64,000 nt of DNA from Macrostomum lignano (Eukaryota): positions 248,001 to 312,000 of the forward strand of contig NIVC01001104.1 in NCBI GenBank assembly GCA_002269645.1. The letters are read 5' to 3'. Made by a program: the position numbers and the translations under genes. Shown here in pieces: positions 1-11,919 of the stretch (the first letter of the stretch is position 1; each line of letters begins with the position of its first letter). Below the pieces are notes generated by a model. That model was not told where the DNA came from. It made no database searches and was given only the letters and a program-made list of their open reading frames with translations.

Positions 1-795
<795 letters not shown>

Positions 796-1107
796 ATGCG
801 TAGGCAGCTGTAATTACCTTTTCTCCCAACTGTTGTCATCTGTCTCGGAAAATTTAATCCCAAATAATCCGCAGCCGCCCGGAGACCCCTCCCCCGATTC
901 AGTTATGATCCAGCATACGTATGCGGCTGCACCTTTGCTGTCTCCCAGGTAAAAATGATGACATCTGCACCCCGCACTGCTCTCCCTCTCTTTCTCCGCT
1001 CGCTCATCTCGTATTTTCCATTACTACGCCAGAATTTTCAAGCCCCACAGAGACTGTGATTATGATGAGTTTTGCTACTCGAAAATAAGCCGCTCACCTG
1101 CTCGCTC

Positions 1108-1153
<46 letters not shown>

Positions 1154-1344
1154 ATTGCATTCCGGCAATGCGGCTCTGCCTTACTCCCGACTCCTGCCTC
1201 ACTGAGCCAAGGCAGTAACCTGTGACTCGTGCTTCTCGAGCCGAGCGGGATATGACAGACCCCATTGCTGGCTGAACTGAGGCAGATAGTGAGGCCATGA
1301 TAGGGGCTACATTCAATACTAGCTGGATACCTGTACGCCCGGAT

Positions 1345-1926
1345 TCCAGATACCTCCAAATACCCAGATACCCAGATACCCCAGATAGCCCGGATATCCC
1401 AGATACCCAGATACCCAGATACCCCAGATAGCCCGGATATCCCAGATACCCAGATACCCTATATACCCAGAAACTCCAGATACCCCAGATACCCAGATAC
1501 CCAGATACTCTAGATACCCAGATACCCAGATACTCCAGATACCCAGATACCCCAGATACCCCAGATACTCCAGATACCCCAGATACTCCAGATACCCCAG
1601 ATACACCAGATACCCCAGATACCCAGATACTCCAGATACACCAGATACCCCAGATACCCCAGATACCCCAGATACACCAGATACCCCAGATACCCCAGAT
1701 ACCCCAGATACACCAGATACCCAGATACCCCAGATACCCCAGATACCCCAGATACCCCAGATACCCAGATACCCAGATACCCCAGATACCCCAGATACCC
1801 AGATACTCCAGATACCCCAGATGCCCCAGATACCCCAGATACCCCAGATACCCCAGATACCCAGATACCCCAGATACCCCAGATACCCAGAAACTCCAGA
1901 TACCCCAGATACCCCAGATACCCCAG
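1345..1926. repeat. 8-9 bp minisatellite (CCCCAGATA)n
   Basis: Direct reading; it explains the GYL/GIW/VSG ORFs. Confidence 0.97.
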
Positions 1927-2208
1927 ACGCTCCATATGCCAGACGCCCTGGAACCCACACCAGTAGTTATGCATATTGCATGCGCAACTAAAAGTCCTCT
2001 CATATAAATCAATATTATCGTCAAACAAATTATCAAACCAGATGGTCAACCCTTCAGAACCCCAACTTGATTTTGTTTGCTTCCTCTCGAACTGAGAATT
2101 TTGGGATATTTTTCTCAATTTTAGAATGTGTGCTTATCTTTATCTGATTGCGAGCTGAATTCTCCATCTGCCTGAATGACCTGCGTTGACTCATCTTATC
2201 TCGATCAA

Positions 2209-3390
2209 TCTACTGTGTCTGTGGGTATCTCATCTCCCCCCATCTACTGTGTCTGTGGGTATCTCATCTCCCCCCATCTACTGTGTCTGTGGGTATCTCA
2301 TCTCCCCCCATCTACTGTGTCTGTGGGTATCTCATCTCCCTCCATCTACTGTGTCTGTGGGTATCTCATCTCCCCCCATCTACTGTGTCTGTGGGTATCT
2401 CATCTCCCCCCATCTACTGTGTCTGTGGGTATCTCATCTCGCCCCATCTACCGTGTCTGTGGGTATCTCATCTCCCCCTATCTACTGTGTCTGTGGGTAT
2501 CTCATCTCCCCCCATCTATTGTGTCTGTGGGTATCTCATCTCCCCCTATCTACTGTGTCTGTGGGTATCTCATCTCGCCCCATCTACCGTGTCTGTGGGT
2601 ATCTCATCTCCCCCTATCTACTGTGTCTGTGGGTATCTCATCTCCCCCCATCTATTGTGTCAGTGGGTATCTCATCTCCCCCCCCCATCTACTGTGTCTG
2701 TGGGTTTCTCAGTCTCAATTCACTGTGTCTCTGGATGAACAGGGATTCTGATTATTTCTTCTTACTGCGGCATCTCTTGAGCTGTTTTCTCTGGAATATG
2801 TCTTCGATTTTACCCACAGACCCATCTACTGTGTCTGTGGGTATCTCATCTCGCCCCATCTACTGTGTCTGTGGGTATCTCATCTCCCCTCATCTACTGT
2901 GTCTGTGGGTATCTCATCTCCCCCCATCTACTGTGTCTGTGGGTTTCTCATCTCCCCCTATCTACTGTGTCTGTGGGTATCTCATCTCCCCCCATCTACT
3001 GTGTCTGTGGGTTTCTCATCTCCCCCCATCTACCGTGTCTGTGGGTATCTCATCTCCCCCCATCTATTGCGTCTGTGAGTATCTCATCTCCCCCCATCTA
3101 TTGTGTCTGTGAGTATCTCATCTCCCCCCCCCATCTACTGTGTCTGTGGGTATCTCATCTCCCTCCATCTACTGTGTCTGTGGGTTTCTCATCTCCCCCC
3201 ATCTACCGTGTCTGTGGGTATCTCATCTCGCCCCATCTACTGTGTCTGTGGGTATCTCATCTCGCCCCATCTACTGTGTCTGTGGGTATCTCATCTCCCC
3301 TCATCTACTGTGTCTGTGGGTTTCTCATCTCCCCCTATCTACTGTGTCTGTGGGTATCTCATCTCCGCCCCCATCTACTGTGTCTGTGGG
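2209..3390. repeat. 34-bp minisatellite (TACTGTGTCTGTGGGTATCTCATCTCCCCCCATC) interrupted by a ~120-bp unique island
   Basis: About 30 units; the island at ~2705-2817 recurs at ~3382-3495. Confidence 0.95.
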
Positions 3391-4177
3391 TTTCTCAGTC
3401 TCAATTCACTGTGTCTCTGGATGAACAGGGATTCTGATTATTTCTTCTTACTGCGGCATCTCTTGAGCTGTTTTCTCTGAAATATGTCTTCGATTTTTTA
3501 TCCCCCTTCTCTTCTTGACTGCTTAACTGCATTCGCATGCTGTTTCTTTTGAGCTGAAATATTTTTTTCTAATTGTTTTGCTGCTACACGCAAATTAGCT
3601 GGACTCGATTTGACCCCAAATTTTCTTCCAGTCGAATTGTCCTCATTCTCGCATAATTTTGTCCCATTCTGCATCCGTGACCAGCCAAGTTGAATCCATA
3701 AATGTTGTACTGCAAAACGGTAGCAAAGTTGACCGTACTTAACTCAATTCACTTCAATGTACTTTCACCACAGAATTTTTTACTTTTTGTTTGTTCTTAT
3801 ATAGCTCGATGTACGAGTTTTGGGCGGCGTACACTTAAGGGGTTGGTTCCAAGGCTGTCACCGTCCGAGAAATAATAAATTCCGGACACAGTGTCCAAAA
3901 CCAAAGAACTGTCACTGTCCGAGACATTCCGGGCAGTGTCCGGAACCAAAAAACTTTCACTGTCCGAGAATTTCCGAGAACAATGTCCGGAACCAAATAT
4001 CTGTCACTGTCCGAGAAGTTCCCCACACAATGTCAGGAACTAAAACACGATAGAGCTATCCAAGAAATTTCGGACATTTTCTGAAACTATAAACGGTCAC
4101 TATCAGAGAAATTTCGGACACTGTCCGGATTTAACGAGACTTTCACTGTCTGGGACACTTCGGCCGACTGAAAGTCA

Positions 4178-5713
4178 TCAAAATTCGCTTTGCGCGGCCT
4201 CGGCCGGCCCGGCCAGACTGTCCGGCAGGGAGCCGACCCTGTCCAGCTGCAGTTCCAGCTCGGCAAAGCTGCTCGTCTCCGACTGTTCGGCCGACGGGAA
4301 GGCCAGCCGGCTGCCGCTGCAGTTCAACTCACGACTGCCGACGGCGCCACCTTCGCTGCCTTCGCCTTCGCCGCCGCCGCCAGCGCCGACAGAGTCTCTG
4401 TGAACGACAACAATGACTGCGTTGGCAGCATCGGAATCTTTGGAGGAGGCGCCGCAGGCTCGCGACTTGACGGAAGCTGAGGCGGCCGATGCAGCAACGG
4501 CGGCGGCGGCGGCGGCGGCGGCGGCACCTCGGGGCCTAACGCTGCCCAGGTTGCCGCCGGAGTCCGGCCGGCGCAGGTCGGGCAGCAGGCGCAGGCAGAT
4601 GGCCGGCTTCAGCGCCAGCGCCAGCACCAGACAGAGCGACTCGGCCAGCCAAAAGGCGGTCAGGTCGGCACGGCCCGGGCCGCCGTCGCCGGGCAGCCAT
4701 CGGCGGGCCAGGAGGCGGCCGGGTCCGCCCAGGCAGCTCGGCAGAGCGAGGCAGTGCGCCGCGGCCAGCCGGGCGGCCAGACGGAGCCGCTGTCCGGCTC
4801 TGGTAGAAGCGACAGCGGCCGAGGCCGAGGCCGGCAGGAAGGCCTCATCGGTGTTGGCGCCGCGTCGGCAGAGGCGGCGGCAGCAGCGCAGGCTGCGGAC
4901 CACGCAGACGAGCGGCAGCAGGCCGGTGAGTGCGGACAGGCCGAACAGGGCTCGGGCGATGCCGGGCTCCTCGGTGAGCATCACTGGCAGCTGGACTGCG
5001 GGCAGCCAGCCGGTCGCGCCGAAGGCCATGAGGCGGCATTCGAACAGCACCAGGTACCAGACGTTGGCCCCGAGGCTGAGCAGAGCAACAAAGCTGGGAT
5101 AGATGAAGACTCCGCAGGGCCCGGTGCCCAGAATTCTGTCGTAGTGCCGGGGCTTGGAGAACCAGGCCAGGCTGGCTATGAGCAGCAGGTCCATGGTGAG
5201 GCAGGACTGCAGCACGTATTCGCGGAAGCGGCAGAGCAGGGCTCGGCTGAGCGACTCCAGCAGGCGAGTCGGGTTGGCCAGTCGCAGCGGCCCCGGCGCA
5301 ACCAATGGGGCGATAAAATCTGAGCCGAGCAGGCAGAGCAGAAGCACAAAGTCGGAGGCGGCGTTCAAGCAGGCGGTGATGACGCCGATGTCGGATAGGC
5401 GGGCCTGTCCGGCGTGCACCAGCCGGAGCAGGTGGCCGTTCAGAGCCAGGCCGGCCAGCAGGGCCGTCAGGTGGAGGAGCGTGGAGACCAGAGCGGCGGG
5501 GGTGTCCAGCCAGTGGTCTGGGCGGGGGAAACCGCGGCACAGCGGCTCCCGCTGCTGCTCGGATGAGGTGAGCAAGGCCGGCTGCACCCACTCCAGTGCG
5601 GCAGAGTTGAAGTGGCAGAGCAGCTGGGGCGTGAGCAGAAGCCAATCAAGCTGGCCGGCTGCCGCAGACATACTGCCGCTGTTTGAGGATGAGTTTTCCG
5701 AGTAGCTCTGCAT
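4178..5713 (-). CDS. Intronless divergent class A (rhodopsin-like) GPCR-like protein, 511 aa
   Basis: Seven hydrophobic segments with degenerate class A hallmarks: TM1 LAGLALNG, TM2 LNAASDFVLL, Cys at the start of TM3 (LLCRF), TM5 LLPLVCVV, TM7 LKPAICL (NPxxY-like). Low-complexity Ala/Gly/Ser tail and GC-rich coding composition. No DRY motif, so the family is uncertain. Confidence 0.6.
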   Translation of the reverse strand: MQSYSENSSSNSGSMSAAAGQLDWLLLTPQLLCHFNSAALEWVQPALLTSSEQQREPLCRGFPRPDHWLDTPAALVSTLLHLTALLAGLALNGHLLRLVHAGQARLSDIGVITACLNAASDFVLLLCLLGSDFIAPLVAPGPLRLANPTRLLESLSRALLCRFREYVLQSCLTMDLLLIASLAWFSKPRHYDRILGTGPCGVFIYPSFVALLSLGANVWYLVLFECRLMAFGATGWLPAVQLPVMLTEEPGIARALFGLSALTGLLPLVCVVRSLRCCRRLCRRGANTDEAFLPASASAAVASTRAGQRLRLAARLAAAHCLALPSCLGGPGRLLARRWLPGDGGPGRADLTAFWLAESLCLVLALALKPAICLRLLPDLRRPDSGGNLGSVRPRGAAAAAAAAAVAASAASASVKSRACGASSKDSDAANAVIVVVHRDSVGAGGGGEGEGSEGGAVGSRELNCSGSRLAFPSAEQSETSSFAELELQLDRVGSLPDSLAGPAEAAQSEF

Positions 5714-6197
5714 CTTGGGTCAGGTTATTATCAGGCACTAAAGAAGGTTCGTGCTGGATTTGTTTGGATATTGTTTTACTATCAGAGGCTCTATATGCAT
5801 GTGATGAGGGATGAGCGATTGGAGCATAGCAACGCTGCAGCTAGCGGATTGGTCGGGTCGAATGGACTCGGGCTTCAGTTTTGCTTGACAAATCAGGCGG
5901 TGGATTTGCGATCTCCCTGTCACTTCTCTTCTTAAGATTCTGGAGTTTCAGATTTTCTGTGTCCATGTGTGCATGTACTTTGAAATACGATTGAGTACCT
6001 GCATTTACTTTCACAGTAGCAACTGTACCTGTATTCTTTAGCACAAAACATTTGGAAAGATGATGATCAAATTGTCTCTATTATTACGAGAAACAATTTT
6101 AATTTAAAAGTGTGTTTCTTTTAGACTTTCTTTTAATACTTTGTACTAGCTTAAAAGTATTGAATTTAATGTTGAGTATACTCATATGCACTCGTAC

Positions 6198-6353
6198 GCA
6201 GTGGCGTAGCCAGGGGGGTCCGTGAGGGGGCCTGGCCCTCCCACCGAAATTACCCCCTCCCCTCCGAAATTCCGGAGATAAATCCCCCCTACACCCCCTC
6301 CTCTGGGTGCTGAATAGCCCCCCCCACCGAAAAAATTCCTGGCTGCGCCACTT
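6198..6353. mobile_element. Short GC-rich MITE
   Basis: TIRs CAGTGGCGTAGCCAGG ... CCTGGCTGCGCCACT; flanked by the direct repeat CTCGTAC (6191-6197 and 6354-6360). Confidence 0.75.
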
Positions 6354-8350
6354 CTCGTACTCGTGTACATGTCCCATGCTTCTACATTCAAATTCACTTG
6401 AATGCAACCATATGTATTCAATAATCAATACAGGTACTTAATTGCGTACATGTACGTGTTTTAAATGGCATTTGTAAGTAATATATTTTGCTTTTGTCGT
6501 GCTATGTGAAAAAGCGAGCATGCAAAACGGAATGGCCTATCGAATTCTACTCGTATATGGCGAAACGTTTGAATTAACTTAAGAAAGCAAGCCATAAAAA
6601 CTCAATTGGTCATGCTGGAAACTATGAGCCAAAATAGAAGCAACGCGATTTGAGTTTTATTTGCAGAAAGAATAAAAACAGTCATCAATAAAGTAAATTT
6701 TAGGTCACAAATCAAAAGCATCAAAGTTTACAAAAGGTCAACTGTTAAAACAGATTTCGCTGCCGACACGTACATGCAGTTCAAAAAATCTGTTGCATGC
6801 AGCGCAGCTCCCAGTCAGCGCACTTATCAGCAATCATTGCTTGGCCAACGGCTTCAGGCGCCTCTCGCTCGAGTAACATGACTGCTTAAGTGTACGTCAA
6901 TCCCTCAGGATTTGTGTTGAAATTCTGTTCCGATGGTTCTCTCGGATTGCCGTACGCTATACTTGACTTAAAAACATGCCGGATTGTTTGAATGTTGACC
7001 GAATGCGGTAAATATTCATACATGTAGAAGAATTGGAAACTCTTAACAACACTGACACCCTTCATCGAGAGTCCACATTACAAGGCGGTGACCATAAGCT
7101 GTCGATCGCGTTCAGAAATTTGTAATATTCTTTTATTTTTAATATTATAATATTATATAGCTTAACTCGATTAACCGATAGAAAATGAAAGCGTCTTGTT
7201 GTCTCTGTCAAAAACTCACACCGTTTTTCTTCTATTCTGGCTCATCATTCCTTCCATATAGCACGACAAATCGAATTTTCTGTGGCTAATTGCCATCTCG
7301 AGTTAATTCAAACGCTTGGTGGCCATAGAACTCTAATGGGTCGTTCTGTTTAATTTGCATTCCCACTGTTCCACATAACACAACAAAAATAATATAGTAC
7401 ATTAGTCATCTTGTGTTTGGTATTTTTGATGAAATAAACTTAACGCATTCTATGTCTATTCTATGAACTTTTTATTACAACTTACTATTTATTAAAAAAC
7501 TAGGTTGATAAACTCGTACAATACTGTTAGATAAACACGAACATAACCTACTATAACAACCATTAATTTTAGTTTCAAAGTTTTATAACAAAGCCGATTA
7601 TAAGCAGAAGGGAATGCATTGTTTTTAATTATTATTTTGAAAGATCAATAACCTCAAGCTCTGAAAAGCTTTGGAAATTTGCTACATTGGATGCCTATTT
7701 CGATTTCTCCCAATCCATTCTTTTTTAATTCAAATGCACCTTGACTATCTGATATAAACGCAATTAGTATTAGTTAACTGGTTTCGGAACCAAACGGTTT
7801 CGCATTTTATTAATTTTTATTTTCTCCAATATAATGTTTTTTCCTTGCATTGCATTGCACGACTATCTTAAATGATGAGCTTCAAAATTAGATCAAAGTA
7901 GAGAAGAGAAGGAAAATAATATAATAAATTTGCTATAGCAAATGTAAGGGGTTAACTATGCAAATGCTTCTTCTAAAATCATTGTTGTTTAGTCTTTTTT
8001 CACTAGCAGTAAGAGTGAAAAATTTGGATTATCTTTCAAAAGAAGTATGGAGTAGGCTATAGGCAAACCTAATTCTAAAATGTGCATTTTTAATCAATTG
8101 TAGTTTGCAGGCTCATTCCAATAAAATTATAGCATTTTTAATTCTGATTGCTAATCTTATTTGCAATTTTTAATACAATGGATAAATGCAGTGAGTCCTT
8201 GCTTGCTAGCTACTACAAGTTAAATGAAAAAATTGTTTAATTTATTAAAGTATAATTTGAGGATTAAAACTAATTTATGCACAATTCTGAATTTAATTAA
8301 TTAGCATTATTATGCAAAAATGTTAATTATTATGCACTTGCAGCATTTAA

Positions 8351-9432
8351 ATGGCAAAGAAGTCATACGACCTGCTGTTCAAACTACTTCTGATTGGAGA
8401 CTCTGGTGTGGGCAAGACCTGCATTCTATTCAGCTATGTTGAGAACACTTTTCAGACGTCGTTCATTTCAACAATTGGAATTGATTTCAAGATAAAAACT
8501 ATCGAATTAGAGGGAAAGAAGATAAAACTTCAGGTGATTTTTAGCAGAATTTTTTGTGATTTCCTTTGCTAATTAGTTTTTTGGAATTTATTATGAAGCC
8601 TAATAAAGTAGTCAAACTTTGAAGCAGATTTTTTGAATTAAAAAATTGGCAGGCTTTTTGCTGGCGCCTTTGCTCTGATGCTGGTGCGCCTGGTTCTAAA
8701 GCCCCTGGTGCTAGAGCCCCTGGTGGTAAAGCCCCTGGTGGTAAAGCCCCTGGTGGTAAAGCCCCTGGTGGTAAAGCCCCTGGTGGTAAAGCCCATGGTT
8801 CTAAAGCCCCTGGTGCTAAAGCCCCTGGTGCTAAGCCCCTGGTGCTAAGCCCCTGGTGCTAAAGCCCCTGGTGCTAAAACACCTGGTGCTAAGCCCCTGG
8901 TGCTAAAGCCCCTGGTGCTAAAGTCCCTGGTACATTCTTTTGGTAAAAAAAAAAACAAATAAAAAACATCGCGTCCGTTTTGCGCCAGATCTGGGACACG
9001 GCTGGGCAGGAGAGATTTCACACCATCGTGTCAGCCTACTACCGCGGTGCAATGGGCATCATGCTAGTCTATGACGTGACCTCTCGGGCCAGCTTTGACA
9101 ACGTCGGCCGTTGGCTGGAGAACATCGAGAACTACGCCAGCGAATCTGTGGAGCGCGTGTTAGTTGGGAACAAATGCGACCTGAACGAGAAGCGGCAGGT
9201 CAGCGCACAGGAGGCAGAACGGCTGGCCAAATCGCGCGATATCCCTTTCTTCGAAACCTCGGCCAGAACAGGCGACGGAGTTGAGTCCGCCTTCCTGGCA
9301 CTCACTGAGATGGTGTTGCACAAGACTCCAGTTGGGCAGTTGAATTCGCCTCAGCACAATTCACCCTTGTCATTGAAGGACCGTGACGGAAGCTCCAGAC
9401 AGGGCGGGCTGTTGAAGGGCAAATGCTGCTGA
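8351..9432 (+). CDS. Rab10: Rab10-like (Rab8/10/13 group) small GTPase; exons 8351-8533 and 8989-9432
   Basis: [23 protein letters not shown] (G1), IGIDFKIKT, phase-0 intron CAG|GT...AG|ATC joining to [12 protein letters not shown] (G3), GNKCD (G4), ETSA (G5) and a C-terminal CC prenylation motif. Confidence 0.93.
8690..8930. repeat. 15-bp minisatellite (AAAGCCCCTGGTGS T-type) in the Rab intron
   Basis: About 15 units of aaagcccctggtggt/gct. Confidence 0.95.
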
Positions 9433-9494
9433 TTCTGTTGACGGAAATCTGTTTGACTTAATTTCAAAGTAACAAGTTATGTACATGTAATCAT

Positions 9495-9810
9495 CTCGTA
9501 AGGAGTGAGGTGGGTGGCTTTGACGGTAATGAGTGAGGTTGTTGTTTTCAGGATAGGGAGTGCGGTGGATGTTTGTAACGGAAGGGAGTGAGGTGGGTGT
9601 TTTGGGGTAAGGAGTGAGGGGGGTGTTTTTTGGGGTAGGGAGTGAGGTGAATGTTTAGACGGCAAAGAGTGAGGTGGGTGTTTTTGAGGATATGGAGTGA
9701 GGTGGGTGTTTTTGGGGATAGAGAGTGAGGTGGACGTCTTTGGGGGTAGGGAGTGATGTGGGTGTTTTGATGGAAGTGTTTTTGAGGGTACGGAGTGAGG
9801 TGGGTGACGG
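9495..9810. repeat. Degenerate ~30-bp repeat (GGAGTGAGGTGGGTGTTTTTG) downstream of the Rab stop
   Basis: Recurrent ggagtgaggtggg core. Confidence 0.8.
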
Positions 9811-10514
9811 TGTCAACAAATGAAATGCGAGTTACAGCCTACTAACAGCCAGCATGAAAACTATATTTGTATGGCAGGATAACTTGAATCTCAATGTTTC
9901 TCAATCTAATTGCTTTTCTCTAATCTTTAGTTACATTACAACTCATTTTTAGTATATAGGATTAAATAATTTTTATATTTTTGTTCATGCGCAATGCTTT
10001 CATACATTTTAAATCAAACTGCAGCTGTTGACTAAACACAAAATTGATCGGTTCTGATGTTTTTTTAATTTAGCTGGGTAGCACCTCTCAGTTTACTAAC
10101 ACCCATTTTATAGTGTTTTATGGTCTGTTAGCTTTTGTGGTTCGATTTTAATTGTCAAAAATATTCCAAACATTTTTTCTTGGCACTACTGCCGGTACGA
10201 ACTAAAGTAGTATTCTCAGAATATGAAGCCTTCCTGACTTCCTGTCTATTTTAATTCGTCTGTCCATTTATAATTCCGTTTGAAACTTTTTTGTGTTTTG
10301 CTATTGGCGCCAAAAAATGATGAAGCGACTTGTTAGGCTTTTTGAAACAATTTTAAACAGTTATTAAAGTATTCCGTTTGACGTATAATGATTAAAATAG
10401 ACATTTTTAATGTTATGTTGTTAATTAAAAATTTAATTTGCGCTTCCGAAAGGTGAATGATTTGCTTAATTCAGGCTTGGACTGTTGCTCATGTTCTTTA
10501 CATTTATGAGAAGA

Positions 10515-11055
10515 GGACAGTGGGTCACTGAGGCAGACACAATTAGAGACACAAGGAGAGAGTGGGTCACTGAGGCAGACACAATTAGAGACACAAGGAG
10601 AGAGTGGGTCACTGAGACAGAAGGAGAGAGTGGGTCACTGAGACACAAGGAGAGAGTGGGTCACTGAGACACAAGGAGAGAGTGGGTCACTGAGACACAA
10701 GGAGAGAGTGGGTCACTGAGACACAAGGAGAGAGTGGGTCACTGAGACACAAGGAGAGAGTGGGTCACTGAGACACAAGGAGAGAGTGGGTCACTGAGAC
10801 AGAAGGAGAGAGTGGGTCACTGAGACACAAGGAGAGAGTGGGTCACTGAGACAGAAGGAGAGAGTGGGTCACTGAGACAGAAGGAGAGAGTGGGTCACTG
10901 AGACAGAAGGAGAGAGTGGGTCACTGAGACACAAGGAGAGAGTGGGTCACTGAGACACAAGGAGAGAGTGGGTCACTGAGACACAAGGAGAGAGTGGGTC
11001 ACTGAGACACAAGGAGAGAGTGGGTCACTGAGACACAAAGAGAGAGTGGGTCACA
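10515..11055. repeat. 26-bp minisatellite (GAGAGAGTGGGTCACTGAGACACAAG)n
   Basis: About 19 units read directly. Confidence 0.97.
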
Positions 11056-11919
11056 TAACATCAAGGTGTTCGTTGACGCAGAAAAAGATTTAAAACTCAT
11101 TTAACTTGAAAGGAAGAAATTGAAAAAAAAGTTGTGTGGGAAATACTGCATTAACCAATATAAGTTTTGCATTTGAGTTGTCAAAGAGAGAAGACACGGC
11201 GGTGTCAGAAATGCGCGGCAGAGACAGGGGTCATGAGCTCACTCAAGCGTTGACACTTAGAGACGCCAAGGAATATTTCCAGTTGAGCAAATCACTGAGT
11301 TGCTTGTCTCCGTCAGCATGTTGCATTGATTGGAATTTCATCCAACCTTTAATTAGCGTCTCAACTGCCATATATGGTATTGAGCTGTGATGCAATTAGA
11401 AATTAGTCTTTAAATTGCGTACAATATCAACAGCAGCCCACTGTGCCATTGTTGTAAACCGCAAGATAAAAATATCATAAATTACAGTGTCAGCCACATT
11501 CATTGGAACTGCACACTGCACGTATGCAGAAATTGGGGTGGTGGGTGTCCCCCTATTGCGTAATCAATGCAGGACCAGCCCCAAACCCCCGGCCCAAGCG
11601 TAGACTCTGCATGATGTAACTGGTAGAGAGCTGCAGGTGAGAGGGGGAGACGTGTCTAGCTCAAAATATCTCTTAATTGCCAAGTAAACAACAGTAGATA
11701 TTTGAGCTCTGCAAAATTACTCGAGCCAAGCATCCTGAGACGAGACGTGTCGCCTCAATTTTTTTCTGAAGCTATATATAAATTGTTGAGTAAGCATTAT
11801 CCAATTATATGGCTAAGCTACTCTTTCCTGAGCCAGCCGAGTTATTGCTCAAAGCTAGTCGACCAAATCAGCTCTGCTGTTTCGCCGCATTCAAAGCCAG
11901 GAGACAGAATCCAGCAGCC

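Noticed and set aside
2209-3497. CRISPR-like look of repeats with an intervening unique segment
   Set aside because: Units are contiguous without unique spacers, the context is eukaryotic, and there are no cas genes.
4190-5705. Overlapping plus-strand and alternative-frame ORFs over the GPCR-like gene (likewise over 12927-14755, 27374-29303, 36568-39935, 43768-45101)
   Set aside because: They are shadow ORFs of GC-rich coding sequence.
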